Origin: Fistulifera solaris
Taxonomy: Eukaryota
Direction of reading: 5' to 3'
Assembly: GCA_030295235.1 (NCBI GenBank)
Contig: AP026147.1
Location: 496,001-560,000 of the forward strand
DNA: 64,000 nucleotides
Position numbers and translations under genes: made by a program. Under the pieces are notes generated by a model. It was given only the letters and a program-made list of their open reading frames with translations, did no database searches and was not told the origin of the DNA. Positions within the stretch are counted from its first letter, which is position 1. Each line of letters starts with the position of its first letter. Shown one piece after another: positions 12,797-26,538 of the stretch.

Positions 12797-15700
12797 TTAG
12801 CGCAACATTATATCCATGCAGTTGGCATAGAACGTGGTCACCGCCGGCCAGTCGTCAAACATACCCTTGATGCCGACCTCTTTGTAAAGAACGTCAAGCA
12901 AGTCAAAGCGACTGCCAGCCGTCAAATTGAGGCCCTGTCCTTGGAGCGTTTGCCAGTAGTAATCGGCCGACTCGGCGGGTTTCTCCAAAGGACCAGCGGT
13001 ACGACCAAGGGTCCAGGTAATAACGTGGAACTCTTGCTCTTTGAGGAGATCGGCGAATTCAGATGCCACAATCATACCATCTTCTCCCGGAGCAACAAGC
13101 TTCCACATGGGAGGGGCAACGTACTTGGCGCCGGTGCGTTCGACTTCTCGGAGGAAGGCTACATCATCCGCGCGAACACCGAAGCGGTCGTCGTCAAAGT
13201 CCAAAACAACCGCCTGCGCGCCGTATTCCGTTTCAGAGACCACATACTCAATGTCTTCCAAAGTGGCACTCTGCAGCCAGACGTGCTGAGGGCTGATGCT
13301 GTATTCCTCGTATTCGGAAATGACCTTGGCCGCGTAGTCACGCTGCGTAAAGTTGCCGAACGGCATTTCGACTTCGGGCGCCTTGATTTCGGGCGTGAAG
13401 CGAGCTCCCAACGAACGAATCAATTCTGTAGACGGGTAACAAGAGGTTTAGGAAACAATGAAGATTCAGTTGAACGCAGGCGACCAGGCAACGCACCGAT
13501 GCTTTCTTTGTGAGTCATGACAGGTTCACACTCTTCCTGGTACAAGTCAGTGCGGAAGGCAGCAGTTCCTCCGTAGGCGTATCCTGTCACAAAACAAACA
13601 ATTGGGTTAAATGTCAGCTCATACAGCGTCAGCGCTACTTTACAAATATTTTCTTACCTTCAGCTGTTTCGGCGTCAACGTCATTGCTCGAGTCCATTTT
13701 GGCGCAGAGAGTTTTGACTTCTTCGAGCGTGAAATCGGATGTGCAGCACATAGGGGCGACACCAGGCGACCAGGGTGTTGTGCACTTGGCATTGAGTTCG
13801 GGGCGAGTGACAACGTCAGTTGTAGTGTGGAGATCACATTGCGCGTGACGGCACACCAATTCCAAATCTTTGGTAAAGGTAACATCGCACTCCAAGATAC
13901 CAGCACCCATACTCGCTGCCGCCCGGTACGAAATGGCGGTGTGCTCTGGGAACTGGAGACAAGCACCGCGGTGTCCGATAGAGAAGTCAGACGTACGGAA
14001 ACCGCCTTCCGGTGCACATGCCACTGAAGAAAGCAGGCAAATAAGTTAACAATTCGCTTGGTAAGATCGGCGATAATGGCTGATGCTTGAACTTACTGAG
14101 TTCCTCCTTCAAAGGAGAGTCTTTCATTTTCTCAACGAGGTAGTGCGGACGGGGGCCCAACTGAATCTGGGGAGGGAAGACCTTCGCTTTGCCCAGACCA
14201 AACAAGGATCGAAGCATACACGCATGCACATGCATCTGATCAACCTTGCCCTCCGCTCCTTGCACTTCTCGTCCCAAAACTCTGTAACCCTTTCCTGTGA
14301 GTTTTTCGAGACAGCCGTCATCGCCTCCGTAGAAGATCGGCACGGGGCGAGTGGAATGAGAACCCCATGCATTTCCTCCTGCTCCACGAGGACCCCAGAA
14401 ATGGGCTACCTCAGTGATGTCGTCCTCAGTCCATGTGGTGAAGTCCCTGAGGTGCTCCGTCTGGGTCTTGCTGTCATCCTCGTGACGACCTCGGGAAATC
14501 GCTTCGTCCCAAGGATTTCTGTTGCTGTTGTTCTCTGGCGTGATCTTGTGCGATTCCCCAGCAATGATAAAGTTAGCCAACGCTTCGGGAAAATCGTTGT
14601 TTAAAGTCAAGTAATGGTCGTGATCTGCGGTTACATACAACGCATTCTTCTCCCAACCACCATTTTCCATAATCCAATCGTAAATGACTCTGACACTGTC
14701 ATCAATGTCAAGCATAGCACCCAACATGTCATCCATGTGATTCGCGTGTGCAGCCCAGTCAATCTGTTTGAAGGAAAACAACATCTCAGCACAATTCCTT
14801 TTCACATTGTGTAATCAGTATGTGCAACTTACATCACCCTGCTCATACATGAGGAAAAAACCGTCGTCATCCTTACTCAAAAAGTCTAATGCGGCCTTGA
14901 CGTTGTCCTTCATCTTTGGGATCTGGGCAACATCGTCTTCCTCGTAGTGGTTGCAAAGCACGGACGAAACGTTGATGTACTGAAAGTTTCCGTCTTCGTC
15001 GTCGACGACGTTGTTACTTTGGCACCAACGCTGGGTGTAGCTGCTGTCAATTCCACGGAAAGGAAGATTTTCTTCACCTGCTTCTGAAAAGTCACCACCA
15101 AAGCAAACAAGCAAGTGGTCGCCGTTGTCGGGATCGAGTTCACCAATACTGCTGTAGAAGTCCTGTTGAAGTGAAGTTTGAGTGACTTTTGGTCTCACCG
15201 ACGTTTTTGAAACACCAGGAAAGACTTACCTCGGCCATGACATCAGGGCTTTGCGTGAGAACGGTCCACTCCGACGACATCGCACCTGAAACCATGCTCT
15301 CGTAAGAACTCTGTGGCCAATCATCTCCGGCACAAGCACCGCTGGCAAAGGTTGGGTTCACCTCTTGAAATGATTTCTGGAGAGTCTCAGTATCGCGACG
15401 ACTTGCAGCATGAGCAATAAAGGCCCCCGGAGTGGCATGAAGAATCGTGACGGAAGACATGGATCCTCCCGCCTTACCACAAAATTGCGCATCTTCGACA
15501 AGAGTGCTGACCTTTTCTTCGTAAAGGTCTAGACTCATCATACCGACGGCAGCCTTGTGACCGGTAGCCAAGCATCCGGCCGTCGAGGCAGAGTCGGTCG
15601 CATGCTGCATGATGTAGGTCGGGTCAAAACCATCGGACGTGTCTGGATTTTCTTCGTAATAGCGCGAGTCCCAGGGATAAAATCCACCCTTGACGTTGTC

Positions 15701-16554
15701 CCAGAGAACCATGTTTCCACCGTCCGCAGCGTAATCCAAAGGACTAAAGTCGATGGGATTTCCACACTCGTTAAGAAGTAGTGGCGCCATGCCCGGTTTG
15801 TGGCTGTCGACGTTTCCCAAAAGACTTGTACCGGGAGCATAATGGTTACCATCCTCGGGGTCGGCGATGACGGTCGTGGTAGCTGTGACAAGACCGAAAC
15901 CAGGAAGTTCTTGGAACGAAAGACCCGATCCTTTGCCTGTTTCACAAACAGAGAGCACGAATGAGATGGCTTTTGACGTACGCGACAACAAATCACAGCG
16001 ATGACAAAGCTTACCTTCCGTGTAATAATCCCGGAGAGTGCGTCCGGAAAACGCTCGCACAGCGTCTCGCATATCAGGGCAACCTTTTTCGTGTCACAGC
16101 CCATCTCTTCTAGCTCATCCACGACACGTCTTCCAATGGCACCCGCGCGAACCATTTCTGTGACGAAAACAAAACATTTAGAATGTGATATGGGGGAGCC
16201 ATACGAAGCAGGTCATGCACTTACCCCAGCCCATTCCATCTCCAATCACCAAGATCACGTTCTTTCCCTGATTGTTACCGCAAAGCGTCGGAGGGATTTC
16301 GTCGATGACACCTTCACGCAACAATAGGCGTTCCGAGTTGTCCTTTCCATAAACAGGGAACTTGGGAATTGCACTGCATTCTCCATTCTCTTCTGCTCCT
16401 GCAGCAGTCTCGTTTTCCTTAGCAACAATGTTGTGAGTATCCAAAAAGCCGATCGAAGCGAATGATTCGATGAACTTACATTGTGACCATTCAACCGACG
16501 GCCGTAGGCCATTGCTGCAAAAGCAGCAACAGTGAGAGATGTAAACTTGACCAT
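12797..16554 (-). CDS. Putatively secreted PhoA-type alkaline phosphatase fused to a C-terminal glycerophosphodiester phosphodiesterase (multi-exon)
   Basis: Signal peptide [18 protein letters not shown]. PhoA motifs [41 protein letters not shown] and TADHDH. The same exon continues into [10 protein letters not shown], then IGHRGA..QFPEHT, ILECDV, RHAQCD, FTPEIK and GMFDDWP. Eight GT-AG introns can be traced, plus one homopolymer frameshift near 16085. Confidence 0.85.
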
Positions 16555-17622
16555 TGTTTGTCAATGGGAGATAATACTTGTAAACTTCTTGCTACCAATT
16601 TATTGAGAGAGCGTTCAAATCTCCCCCCTCGCAAGAAAAATGAGGGTTGGATCTTTGGCGCAAACTGCTCCAAAGATCTCATGAAGATTCATTCCAAGAT
16701 CTTACTTTTGAATTTCTTCCAAACGTGATCGGCATTTCCTCTCAGCTCTCCACACGTTGGATGAGGTACTCCTTCTCATCCTTCGTCATTCTTGATAAGA
16801 TAAAAACACTTTTTCGATCGAATCTCTCATGAATCTGCGTCAGTTTGTAATACCAAACTGTCGGACGATTGTTGCAATGTCTACGCAGAAAGTTCGGCGG
16901 CGATGTGTTTCTGCCGACGAAACTGTCACAATAGGAAAAGTGCCAAACGTCAAGATGCACCGGATCCATTTTCCTATGATTCACTTTTAATGCAGTTTCG
17001 CACACTTTCGCGAATCACAGTGTACGCATTGTGTCTGGATGACGTCCAAGGAAAGTAGCGAAGGTGATTCAGCGAATTGCAAGAAGTAGGAATGAGTGAT
17101 AAAGGAAGATACAACAGCGAATCTTTCTTCACCCTCACAGAGAACGATGTGAATCTTCGTGAGTTGGTGTGCCGATTGTGGCGAAAGAACATCTTCGATC
17201 TTTTTTGTGTCGGCATATATCAGCATCCAAAGGCGCAGGTACGTGAAAATCATTTTAGATGGGGTTAAGCGTTTTGACCTTCTAGTTATGCGGGTCGGTG
17301 GACAGACGACAGCCACTAGTATAACTACGGAGTATTATTGAATGCTCCGACCCAACTATAGAACTAGAATACTCCGTAATTAATTTATAACCTCCCATAA
17401 CTTTGTGCTAATACTTCACCCAGTGACTATAGGGCGAAGAAGAATACCCATGGTCTCTTGACTTATCAAGAAATTGTTTTGTTGTGGTCCTGTTAGGAAA
17501 AGGTCGATGACACTGTGATGATAGCACGTCGAAGATTGAACTTAATCCGCCACGCTAATCGTGACCGCAACACCAGAGCTTTACTCTCAATTACATATTT
17601 CCCAAGCATGCACGTGGCAGAT

Positions 17623-18774
17623 CTATTCTTCATTGATTTCTTTCCAAAATTGCCAAGTCTCTTCCTTGTTGTCGTCGTCCCAGGGTGCTTCGTATAGGAC
17701 TCCTTGCGCGGCCAGCCGTCGAGCCTTATCCATTTTCCCTGCTGCCTTGTGTGTCAGAGCCAGTGCCTTGTGTACACCGGGAAACGCGCGATTCGTTTGT
17801 AGCGCGGCTTCTCCTAAATCGATCGCTAACTCGTAATTCTTGAGATAATACGCGCAAACGGAGGAACCAAAAAACACTTTGCGTTGTTGCGGTGGAGTAA
17901 AGTCGTCCACATCGTTAAACTCCATGATGATTTTCTGATACGTTTTCTTCGCGGCAACCCAATCCTCCAGTTTCTCTTGATATTCTGCAATTTGTAAGTA
18001 AGCCTCAATCATATCCGTGTTGCAAAGAGTTATTCGACCATCGGGAAGGTTTTCCATCTGCGTCAAACCCATTAATTTCTCTCTTAACAAGTTTCCTTCC
18101 TCCAGTATCTTGGTCCACTTAGGAATAGCATCTTGCATGATATCGATGGCCGCACGGTGGTCACCCCGCAAGCTGAGCAGTCTCGCTTTCATGGGTATCA
18201 GAAAGAACATTAGGTCAGTATCTCCTGCGTTGTACAGTTTCTCGATCTCTTCCAAAGCCGTTGCCACACAAGCTTCACGCTCTTCTTCAAGTAAATCGCG
18301 TCGACCCGCTCGGGCCGCCAGGACCGAAATGCGCGATTTCGACGACTCGACCAAGTCGGGGATCTCCGATCGGCAATAAGGACACTTAGTCCCACTCACA
18401 GTGCTATACGGACCTCGACCGAGACTTTGTAAGCGCACTAAGCACGAGAAGCAGAATGCGTGCTGGCATTTGGTAAAAATCATCGGATTGACCATCTTTT
18501 CTTCCAAACAAATTCCACACGTCTCGGCTGAATCGCCCGGCATAATTCCGGTAATTTCTTGAATTTCACTCAAATCCCCAATTCCCGTACACCGTTTTCT
18601 CATTTCGTCGACACCATGACAATCGGGCTTGTGTCGTTTCCAGTCCTTTCGTTGACACGTTCGATTGCAGTAATACACCATCTTACAATTCGAGCAACGA
18701 CTCGCCGGATGTGTCGCGTTGCAGCCTTCCGCGTCGCACGTAATATACTGCCGTAATTCGTCCGTGTCTTCCAT
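17623..18774 (-). CDS. MYND zinc finger - RING finger - TPR-like protein
   Basis: CSNCKMVYYCNRTCQRKDWKRHKPDC (MYND); CGICLE...CQHAFCFSC...CPYCR (C3HC4 RING); helical C-terminal repeats. Confidence 0.85.
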   Translation of the reverse strand: MEDTDELRQYITCDAEGCNATHPASRCSNCKMVYYCNRTCQRKDWKRHKPDCHGVDEMRKRCTGIGDLSEIQEITGIMPGDSAETCGICLEEKMVNPMIFTKCQHAFCFSCLVRLQSLGRGPYSTVSGTKCPYCRSEIPDLVESSKSRISVLAARAGRRDLLEEEREACVATALEEIEKLYNAGDTDLMFFLIPMKARLLSLRGDHRAAIDIMQDAIPKWTKILEEGNLLREKLMGLTQMENLPDGRITLCNTDMIEAYLQIAEYQEKLEDWVAAKKTYQKIIMEFNDVDDFTPPQQRKVFFGSSVCAYYLKNYELAIDLGEAALQTNRAFPGVHKALALTHKAAGKMDKARRLAAQGVLYEAPWDDDNKEETWQFWKEINEE

Positions 18775-18861
18775 GTTTTACTCGGTGCTGTAATAATAAA
18801 GACAAAAAGTTGTAATAGAAGAACGAATGGTATGATCTTATGCTTCGGATCGTCGCGCACC

Positions 18862-19815
18862 TTCACTGCAAGCGCCGCATTTCCGTTTACGTTATTTTTC
18901 AAATTCGACTCACGACTGAAACTTAGTCTTGAAAAAGTCGTCTACACTTCGAGCCTACAGTAGAATTGGCGTGGTGATGATCCGATGCGGAAGACAGTCT
19001 CTCTTTTGGCAATCAACGCTTTCACTTTCACGATATTCGACTGCAATATGCCAACGCATGAATTAACGTAATTCAATTGACAGAACTAGGAAGATAAAAC
19101 ACTTCCAATGTCTACGCGTATGTTACGTAGCCGTCGTAGGAAATTTATCTCTGTAGGGGAACCCGGAAATTGCCTTTTTCGCCATCGTCCAATTCTTGGG
19201 TTTCCAGTGCACAGATGTCAATGTTTTGTTGCGCACCGTATGCGCTTTGTATCGGGAAGCTATAATTGCCACCGACTTGAAAACGAAACGTTGATGGAGC
19301 GAATGATGCAACGCTTCGAACGTGTACGTGATTTCACGTAGCTCTCGTAGGGAAATTTATTGACAAAGGGGCAACCCGGATATTGTTCAATTTCGATCAC
19401 ACCATATTACGCGTCATTTGGACACCCATGTCAAATAATATACTTAACCCAACATGATTCATGCGAGCCATGAAACAATCAATCATCGACCTTGATTGGA
19501 TAGTAAAACTTGAAACAGTAGAAAGATACAACGCTTCCAATGTCTACGCGTATGCTACGTAGCCGCCGTAGGAAATTTATCTCTGTAGGGGAACCCGGAA
19601 ATTGCCTTTTTCACCATCGTCCATTTCTTGGGTTTCCAGTTCACGGATGTCAATCATTGCTTGTCCACCGTATTTGCTTCGTATTGGAAAGCAGCAAACG
19701 CCATCGAGTTGAAAAAAAAACGTTGATGGAACGAATGATGCAACGTCTCGAATGTCTACGTAGTTTAATGTAGCTCTCGTAGGGAAATTTATCGACAGAG
19801 GAAAACCCGGATATT
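18862..19815. repeat. Dispersed repeat with internal ~215/430-bp tandem units; homologous to 31934-32492
   Basis: The core cgtag...ggaaatttat...agggg(c)aacccgga recurs at ~19126, 19337, 19558 and 19770. 19080-19380 is duplicated at 19510-19815 and 32190-32492. Confidence 0.85.
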
Positions 19816-19931
19816 GTGTAGCTTCGACCACATTATTTTTCGCGTCTTTTGTGCATGAATGCCCTATCTTCCATGCATCCATTAATATCCATTCATAAAG
19901 GATCATTAAATAATAGTAATGCAGTTTTACC

Positions 19932-22900
19932 ATGGCAGCATCTGCTCCTTCCATTAAAGCTTATTTAGAAGAAATCAAAAAAGACTTTTTGGATCATGAT
20001 GGCAAACAATTTACAGATTACATTCTATGTCTCATCTGTCTCGAGGTGTTGCAACGGGGCGTGATCGTTCCTATTGCCCAAGATCCTTCCAAAATCGTGG
20101 CCGCAGCTCGTGATGCGGCAGGGAAAGCGTTGCTCGACCAACACTCGTCAATTCCCAAGCCGGTATTAGCGGGATCGGCTGTGATTGCGGGGAGACTGGC
20201 GGAAGCTGCGTGCCGATCCTACCACGCCAATGTTCTCAGGGACATGAGTGCACTCAAAAGGATGTGCAAACCGCAATCACGCGCTGCGGGGAAGTCGACG
20301 AGAAGCGACTGGCCGCCATTCTCCAGATTGTGCTCTATCAACCCGTCTCCGAGACTGACACGAAAGTAGTGCAATTTTTGTGGATTCTTGCCGAGGGATA
20401 TTACTATCGCGCCGCCAGCTTTCAACCGGACGCGCCTCCCATGTGGAAAAGAGCGTGGGACGTGGCGGTGGAACGACACAAAACGGAGCGGCGTAGCGAT
20501 TTATGGCTAAATCCGGAGGCGCCGTGGGAAATTATGGTCCCTTTGGAACAGTTGTGCCGTATTGCCAGCAGCAAAGGCAACGAAGCTCGTGTAGCCGAAC
20601 TCAGTCTCATCTTCGCCGAAAGTGCATTGGATGTTTCACAGGCCCCCGAAAGCAACGATTCTCTTGGTAAGATGTTACGAGAACAATTCATTGCACCCTA
20701 TCGCTCCATAGTGCCTGGCGATAGGTCAGAGGCACTACAACTCGCGAGCGATGCGTTGCAAAAGGCTGCGAATGCGTCGGCCGTAGAACAATTTGCGTGG
20801 TCCGTTCTGGATTTACGGTTGCATTTGGAGCTGGAAGAGAACGAAATAGTGGAAACGACTAAGACGCTGCATACGAAAGCTGCTCATCGAGGAGAAAAAG
20901 CAATTACTTTGGAAACCTTCCGAACGGTAGCTCAACAACAAGTCCTCTCAGCCACTGCTTCCGATGACTTGATACTCACGAAAGCAGCTCACGTCAGAGA
21001 CAAAATTTTTGTGGTGCTACTCCAGACCGATACAAATGAAGCTATTAGTTTGCGCTTTCGACAAGCGTGTTTGCTGATTGGAGAGAAATTTTGCGATCGC
21101 CTGACGATGCGCGCTAAATCGATAGCCATATCGAAGAAAACGAGCAGCGAGGTGATGTTGCAAGCGTGGCAAGAAGTATTGGCTTTTATTCTTCCTATTT
21201 TCGACTTTATACGATCTCAGTCCACTTGGAGTCACACGTCTGGAGAGAACGAGCGTATGGCGGCTGTGAAGCTCTTTCTCGACTCAATTATGGCAGAGTT
21301 TAAAACGATGATCGAAAACGTTGTTTATCTTTGTCCGTTGGCCGAATGGATGTCACAAGGGATGCTTTCAGAAAACAAAGTAGAACCGGAGTCCCATTTT
21401 GATCGAGTAATGCTAGTGTTGGTGCGAGACATCTTGGCAGTGTTGCATGCTGAAGCTACAGCCGATGGCATTGACAAGGGGGAGTCAGTTGTAGCGTCAT
21501 CTGTGGGAGTCAAACAAAGACGCTTGAAGAGGCTGGAGGTCAGCATCGCCTGTTGCACTAACATGTTGGCTCTAAGTGGTAATTTTCTTGGCAAAACGCC
21601 TCGTTCGCTAGTAGATTCGGCTGTCAATCGACTCAGTCGTCTGCCCGACGACGATCCATGTACCGAGTTGGAAGGCTCTGGAATTCTGTGCCTTGATTTC
21701 TTTATCTGCTGGTGGGGGCTTCAGCGCAGACCATGGATGTTCTGTACATTACCCGAGTCTCGGACTATCACAAAGCGGGCACGACGGGCATTCAATATTC
21801 TTCAAGGGAGTTGGGGCAGGCCAGCTACCTTGCTTGAGCGCTGCTTATTAGAACTAGGGGAAGCTGACGCAGAAGGAATAAGTTTCTCTGGTGGGCTGGC
21901 AATGACTGCAGAAGCTGGCTATCAACGTGTACAAAACGAGGTCAAGGGACTCTGTAACGACACGTTGAAGCAGCTCATCCTCGCAGTAAGTACAGCTGGT
22001 CAAGTGGCTGTTCGGATCACGCAATTACCAATGGCAGTACTAGGCGCCGAAAGCGTTTCATCCTTGGTTCAGAACTTTCGAGATTCATTACACCTTTGCA
22101 TGAAATTGCTCAAGGACGGAGCCTCGTGCAAAGTGCACATGTGGACCGATGAAAATGAGGTCCATAATTCTCTCGAATATCAAGTTGCTGCATTACGACA
22201 GTTCTTGGCTAACTTTTTGATAAAAAGTGGAGATGGAGCTGCTGCTGCAGAATTGCTAGAAGCAGCAGTGCAAGATGCTCCAAACGACGCAAGCGCTGCA
22301 ACTGCGCTGGGAACGTTTAGGCTACGTCTTATGCTCGGTTCCAAAGACTCTTCTGCCGCAGAGACAAAAGCAGCTCATGTCCAATTGATGAAGGCAGCAA
22401 GACTCGACAGTAGCCAATCAGATCCCTTTGCTTTACTTGGATATTGGTACGAGAAAAATGGGGATAAGCAACGAGCACTTGGGTGCTACACCAAAGCGGC
22501 ACTTCTAGATCCATCACAGCCTGTAGCTGGGAGAGGTCTCCTGCGATTAGCCCAAGCTGACACGTTGGTATCATCCATCGAACAAGCCGTGAATACGGGA
22601 TCCCCTTTGTCCGGATGGGCATGGCGTGTAATTGCGACCCGAAAGGCACAGGATGAAGGAAAGGACGACCTCGCCATCTTGTCATACCTCAACTGTCTTC
22701 GTTGCAGGGATGTCGACTGTCCCCAAAATGAGCCTCATGGAATGTTCTATTCCGATCCAACCAAGCCTTACGCCACTTCAAATGAAAAATCTGTGGTTTT
22801 AGGTGAGCTCGCGAATTGCTATAGACGACTCGGGCGCTTCACAGCATCTATAAGAACCTTTCGTGTCGCTGTCGAGGAAGGAGGTGAGCATGTACTTCCG

Positions 22901-24631
22901 TCAATCTATTGCGGTTGTGGTCAAGGTAAGAAAAAACAAGAATGCTGGAATTCAAAGAGCGGTTCGCTCACACATTGATTTTTAGTGGAATTGGAACTGG
23001 GGTTATATGAGGACGCAAACAGTAATTTCAAGAAAGCAGCACAGACGGCAGACTCAACGGAGCTAGCCTGGGCCATGTATGGTCAAGGAGTATCGTATCT
23101 TGCACTGGCTCAACGTGACTTTCATCAGGAAAAGTTTGGATCAGCGTTTGCTATGCTGAACCAGGGAATTGAAGCGTGTGGTACGGCCTTCCAGCACCTC
23201 TCTATATCATTCAGCAAACTACTTGGCGATCTCTACACATTTGGAGCGTCGCTTCCGAGCGATTTTTTTGTTGGTTTCGAAGAGGAAAAGCGGAACGAAA
23301 CAGAATGCAAACTCGCTTTTGTAGCAAAAGGAGAAGCGGCTTTTTTACGAGCCATCGAAACACACACCAACTGGGAAGGCGAAGATAAGGCACTTCTTCA
23401 GGCATCACTGTTGTCTGACCTTGCAACCAATAAACTGCTCCGGGCTCAGATTCTGATAAGCACTAGCTACGACACAGAAAAAGCCAAAAAACTGTATGAA
23501 GAGGCAGCTGAAGTGTTTCGCCACGCAATCGATATCTACCCTCAGTATCCAGCCGCCTGGTGTGGACTTGGGTCTTCGGTTTTTAAGTCGGATCCTCTTT
23601 TAGCGCAGCATGCGTTTTGCCGAAGCATCGATCTTGAGAATCAATTTCAAGATGCGTATGCTAATTTGAGTTTTCTGTATACAGAAAATGGCGCATTGTC
23701 GCAGAGTGCTAATGTATCGGATGCTCTGACTCAAATCGCTGACACTCCCATGATGTGGATCAATCGGGCATTGATTTTGGAACGCGAAGTGGCGACTGAA
23801 CAAAGCGGCTCGGAACTCGAACTAAAGCTGAATCGAGCGGCAGATGCGTACATGGCATCCTTACAAGTGGAAAGAAATCCAAGGGCAATTCTTGGCGCAG
23901 CAGTGACAAAGAGAGCAAGTTTGAACGGCAGTAAGGACTACAATAAGGTTGAAATACTTTACGATTCGTTCTGCTTGTCAGCAGAATATCACAAAGGCAT
24001 TCGATCAGACGATACGCGTGCCGCACTTTTGCACAAGCTTCTGTCTTGGGAGATGGAAGGGCAAAAACGCTGTGGACAGAGAAACAATGCTTCTACAAAT
24101 CATTCGAAGCATATCGAAGCAAACATTGACAAACTTGGAGATGGGGCCTTTCCTACAGCTTACATAAAAACAATTGAGTCATTCATAAAAGATCGACCGA
24201 CGGTAGAAGGCAACTTTGTAACATATCATCTTCCTAATCAGAGCGAAACTTCATCTTCTCGAAAAATCGTTCACAACCCTACAAAAGGGAATTTGTGGTT
24301 GACCCTTGCGGAAGAACTAATTTCCAATACTTCTGGTGGTAACAGCCGGGAATATCATGAAGCTGCGCTGATCGCAGCCGACCGTGCCGTACACATGATG
24401 CGAAGTCAACTTGCAAGGTCGGCAGACAGCCCACTTTCCTCATCAAGGGTCAACGCCCAAGAACTTTCTAGCGCTCTTTCACTAAAATATTGGCTTGAAA
24501 ACATCACCGACGGTACCTCCTCCAGTGAATCACCTCCATCAAACCACGAAGCGCTGCAAATGTCGTTGATGATGTATCCAAATAACATCACAGCGCGAGA
24601 AGCTTTCAATCTACAAAGTGCTGAAACTTGA
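19932..24631 (+). CDS. Large TPR protein, SKI3/TTC37-like
   Basis: TPR segments (AARLDSSQSDPFALLGYWY, RALGCYTKAALLDP, AWCGLG...AQHAFCRSI, AYANL) resemble SKI3. Intron 22926-22985; A-run frameshift near 20256 joins ORFs 19932 and 20210. Confidence 0.7.
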
Positions 24632-25469
24632 TCGATCAGCCGTCAGTGAAGAGCACCAGGTAGCACTTTACCACCCCAAAATAGTCTTGAAAACAACAAA
24701 CGTTAGCATTCATAGAAAATTCGTATATGCATGTCGGTCAAGTACTGACAAGAAACCTGTGGGCAGAAACGAACAGCTACCCAGACGAATCCGGGCTGCT
24801 TCACAAAAACTGCGAAACAAGCGCTGTTCGCTTCTTCGCGTTGCACAATGCACCGCGCAGTTTTCTTGCTAATATCCTCTACCATTCACTCTAGCACCCG
24901 CATGAAGGACTCCACGTATGACGATGGTCAAAACGACCGGCCGTGGATCCGAAAAAGGATGCTTTGTTTTACTCCTAGAAGTCGACATCGATTGGTAACT
25001 CACCTTCATTCCTTCATTCGACCTGATTAACAGACAGATCGGTGCAAAGTGAGAGATAGAAAGATATCGCAATTCGGGAATGCTGCATTGTGTCGGAGAG
25101 ATATTAGCGAACGAATGGATTGTGAGCCAGTCGACGCTAGCGATCTCGTCCTGAACTGATGTTGCATTATTCAATCGAACAAATCGGCTCCATAGGAATA
25201 GACTTTCCCGGGAGTGTTGTAGAACAAATGCATGCACACAATCGATCGACTCTGAAATTTAAGCATATATAGATTGGGCTCTCATGGATGAAACTAAATG
25301 ATCAAGATAAAGTCTTTCGTCCTCGTCGCTTTGCTGGTGCAGTCTTCGTTACTCTTGCAAACAATAAGTAGTAGGAACTCACATAAATAACCGAAGATTC
25401 TCCTTCGAATTGGCCAAATCTTCTTTAGCCGACGATCGTTTGATTGGCAGCTCATTCACAGAGGCCCTG

Positions 25470-25960
25470 TTATCTGGAATGACGTTCGACGAGGGGGGAA
25501 TATCCGAAAACGGCGGCTTCTCTCGGAAAGTAAATCCTCAACCAAATACCCAACATGCCACCGTATTCGCGATCCAGAATGATACCGGCTACTACAAAAG
25601 GGTAACATAGACCACAAAGTTCATTTGTTGATAAGGAGTGAACGCGTGTTCTCCTTGGTCGACATTATCAACGGGCAAAGAAGAAACTGAGGGCATGGGC
25701 TCGATCGTTTGCTTCGCCTTACAGTCATCCTGTGCATTATCACTGTCGTCTTCATTTTCTAACTTCACAGAGCTGTCTTGTTTGACGCCTTGGATATTAC
25801 ATGGAGATACAAAAAAATGAATGAGTCGGTGGTGAAATATGTGGTACCTCCCGGCTTTCCCAGAACAATCCCTACCTGGAAACAGCAAGAGCGTCGTCAA
25901 AATGACAAAACCGATTCCTATACCACTGTTGAACCAAAGAATCAAGTCCGAATTGATCAT
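25470..25960 (-). CDS. Small two-TM hypothetical membrane protein (not resolved in the ORF track)
   Basis: N-terminal TM and in-frame 87-nt intron 25875-25789. Adding one T at the run near 25596 gives ...QQMNFVVYVTLFVVAGIILDREYGGMLGIWLRIYFPREAAVFG..., ending at TAA 25472-25470. Confidence 0.55.
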
Positions 25961-26538
25961 GGTAACAATGTTGTTGCGAAAATGAAATAGCGCCGCATGC
26001 GAAAAGTGCGTTCGATATTTTGATTGGTGGCACCCGAACGTTCGACGACCAGACGCTGCTCGAGACTAAGCCGTCCTCGGTCCTCGCAAACTTCTTAACT
26101 CCTATAAAACCGCAGGTAGACGTCCTCAACGAGCCTTAGCTCAAGTCCACGACATATATCTAATATCGTATGCTACATCGTAATAATTTGCAACACCCGC
26201 GCAACTTGCATTACCATTTTAAACCTTCTACGGTCGGCAACCTGAAAATCAGTTCGCCATTTTTTAATGGAGCTCAATGACACACAAGAATGGCAGGTTT
26301 CTTTTGAATTCTTGTTTGTGAACTGCGAGAAGTCTTCGATTGTATATTGTTTCAGCAAGCGGATTCACGGACGTCGATCAACAAATTTATTGCATGAGAG
26401 GATCATCAGGCAGCGTTCACGACGCTCTCGCTCCAACCAAAATGCAATCATCTTCGCATGACAAATTACGATCTAGCAAATCGGGACGGAAAGGATAAAA
26501 TCTAAGCAACGCCTTCCAGCATATTCGGCGACAAAAAA

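Noticed and set aside
16700..17380. Short ORFs and an 11-bp inverted repeat (17326-17378) as a TE remnant
   Set aside because: No recognisable transposase motifs or boundaries.
19108..19773. Repeated 77-aa ORFs (also 32218-32451) as a small-protein family
   Set aside because: They lie within a DNA repeat, have no recognisable motif, and one copy starts with GTG; there is no support for coding.
24700..25240. Minus-strand splice-like signals and ORF 24869-25237
   Set aside because: I could not build a coherent protein or recognise a family; insufficient evidence.
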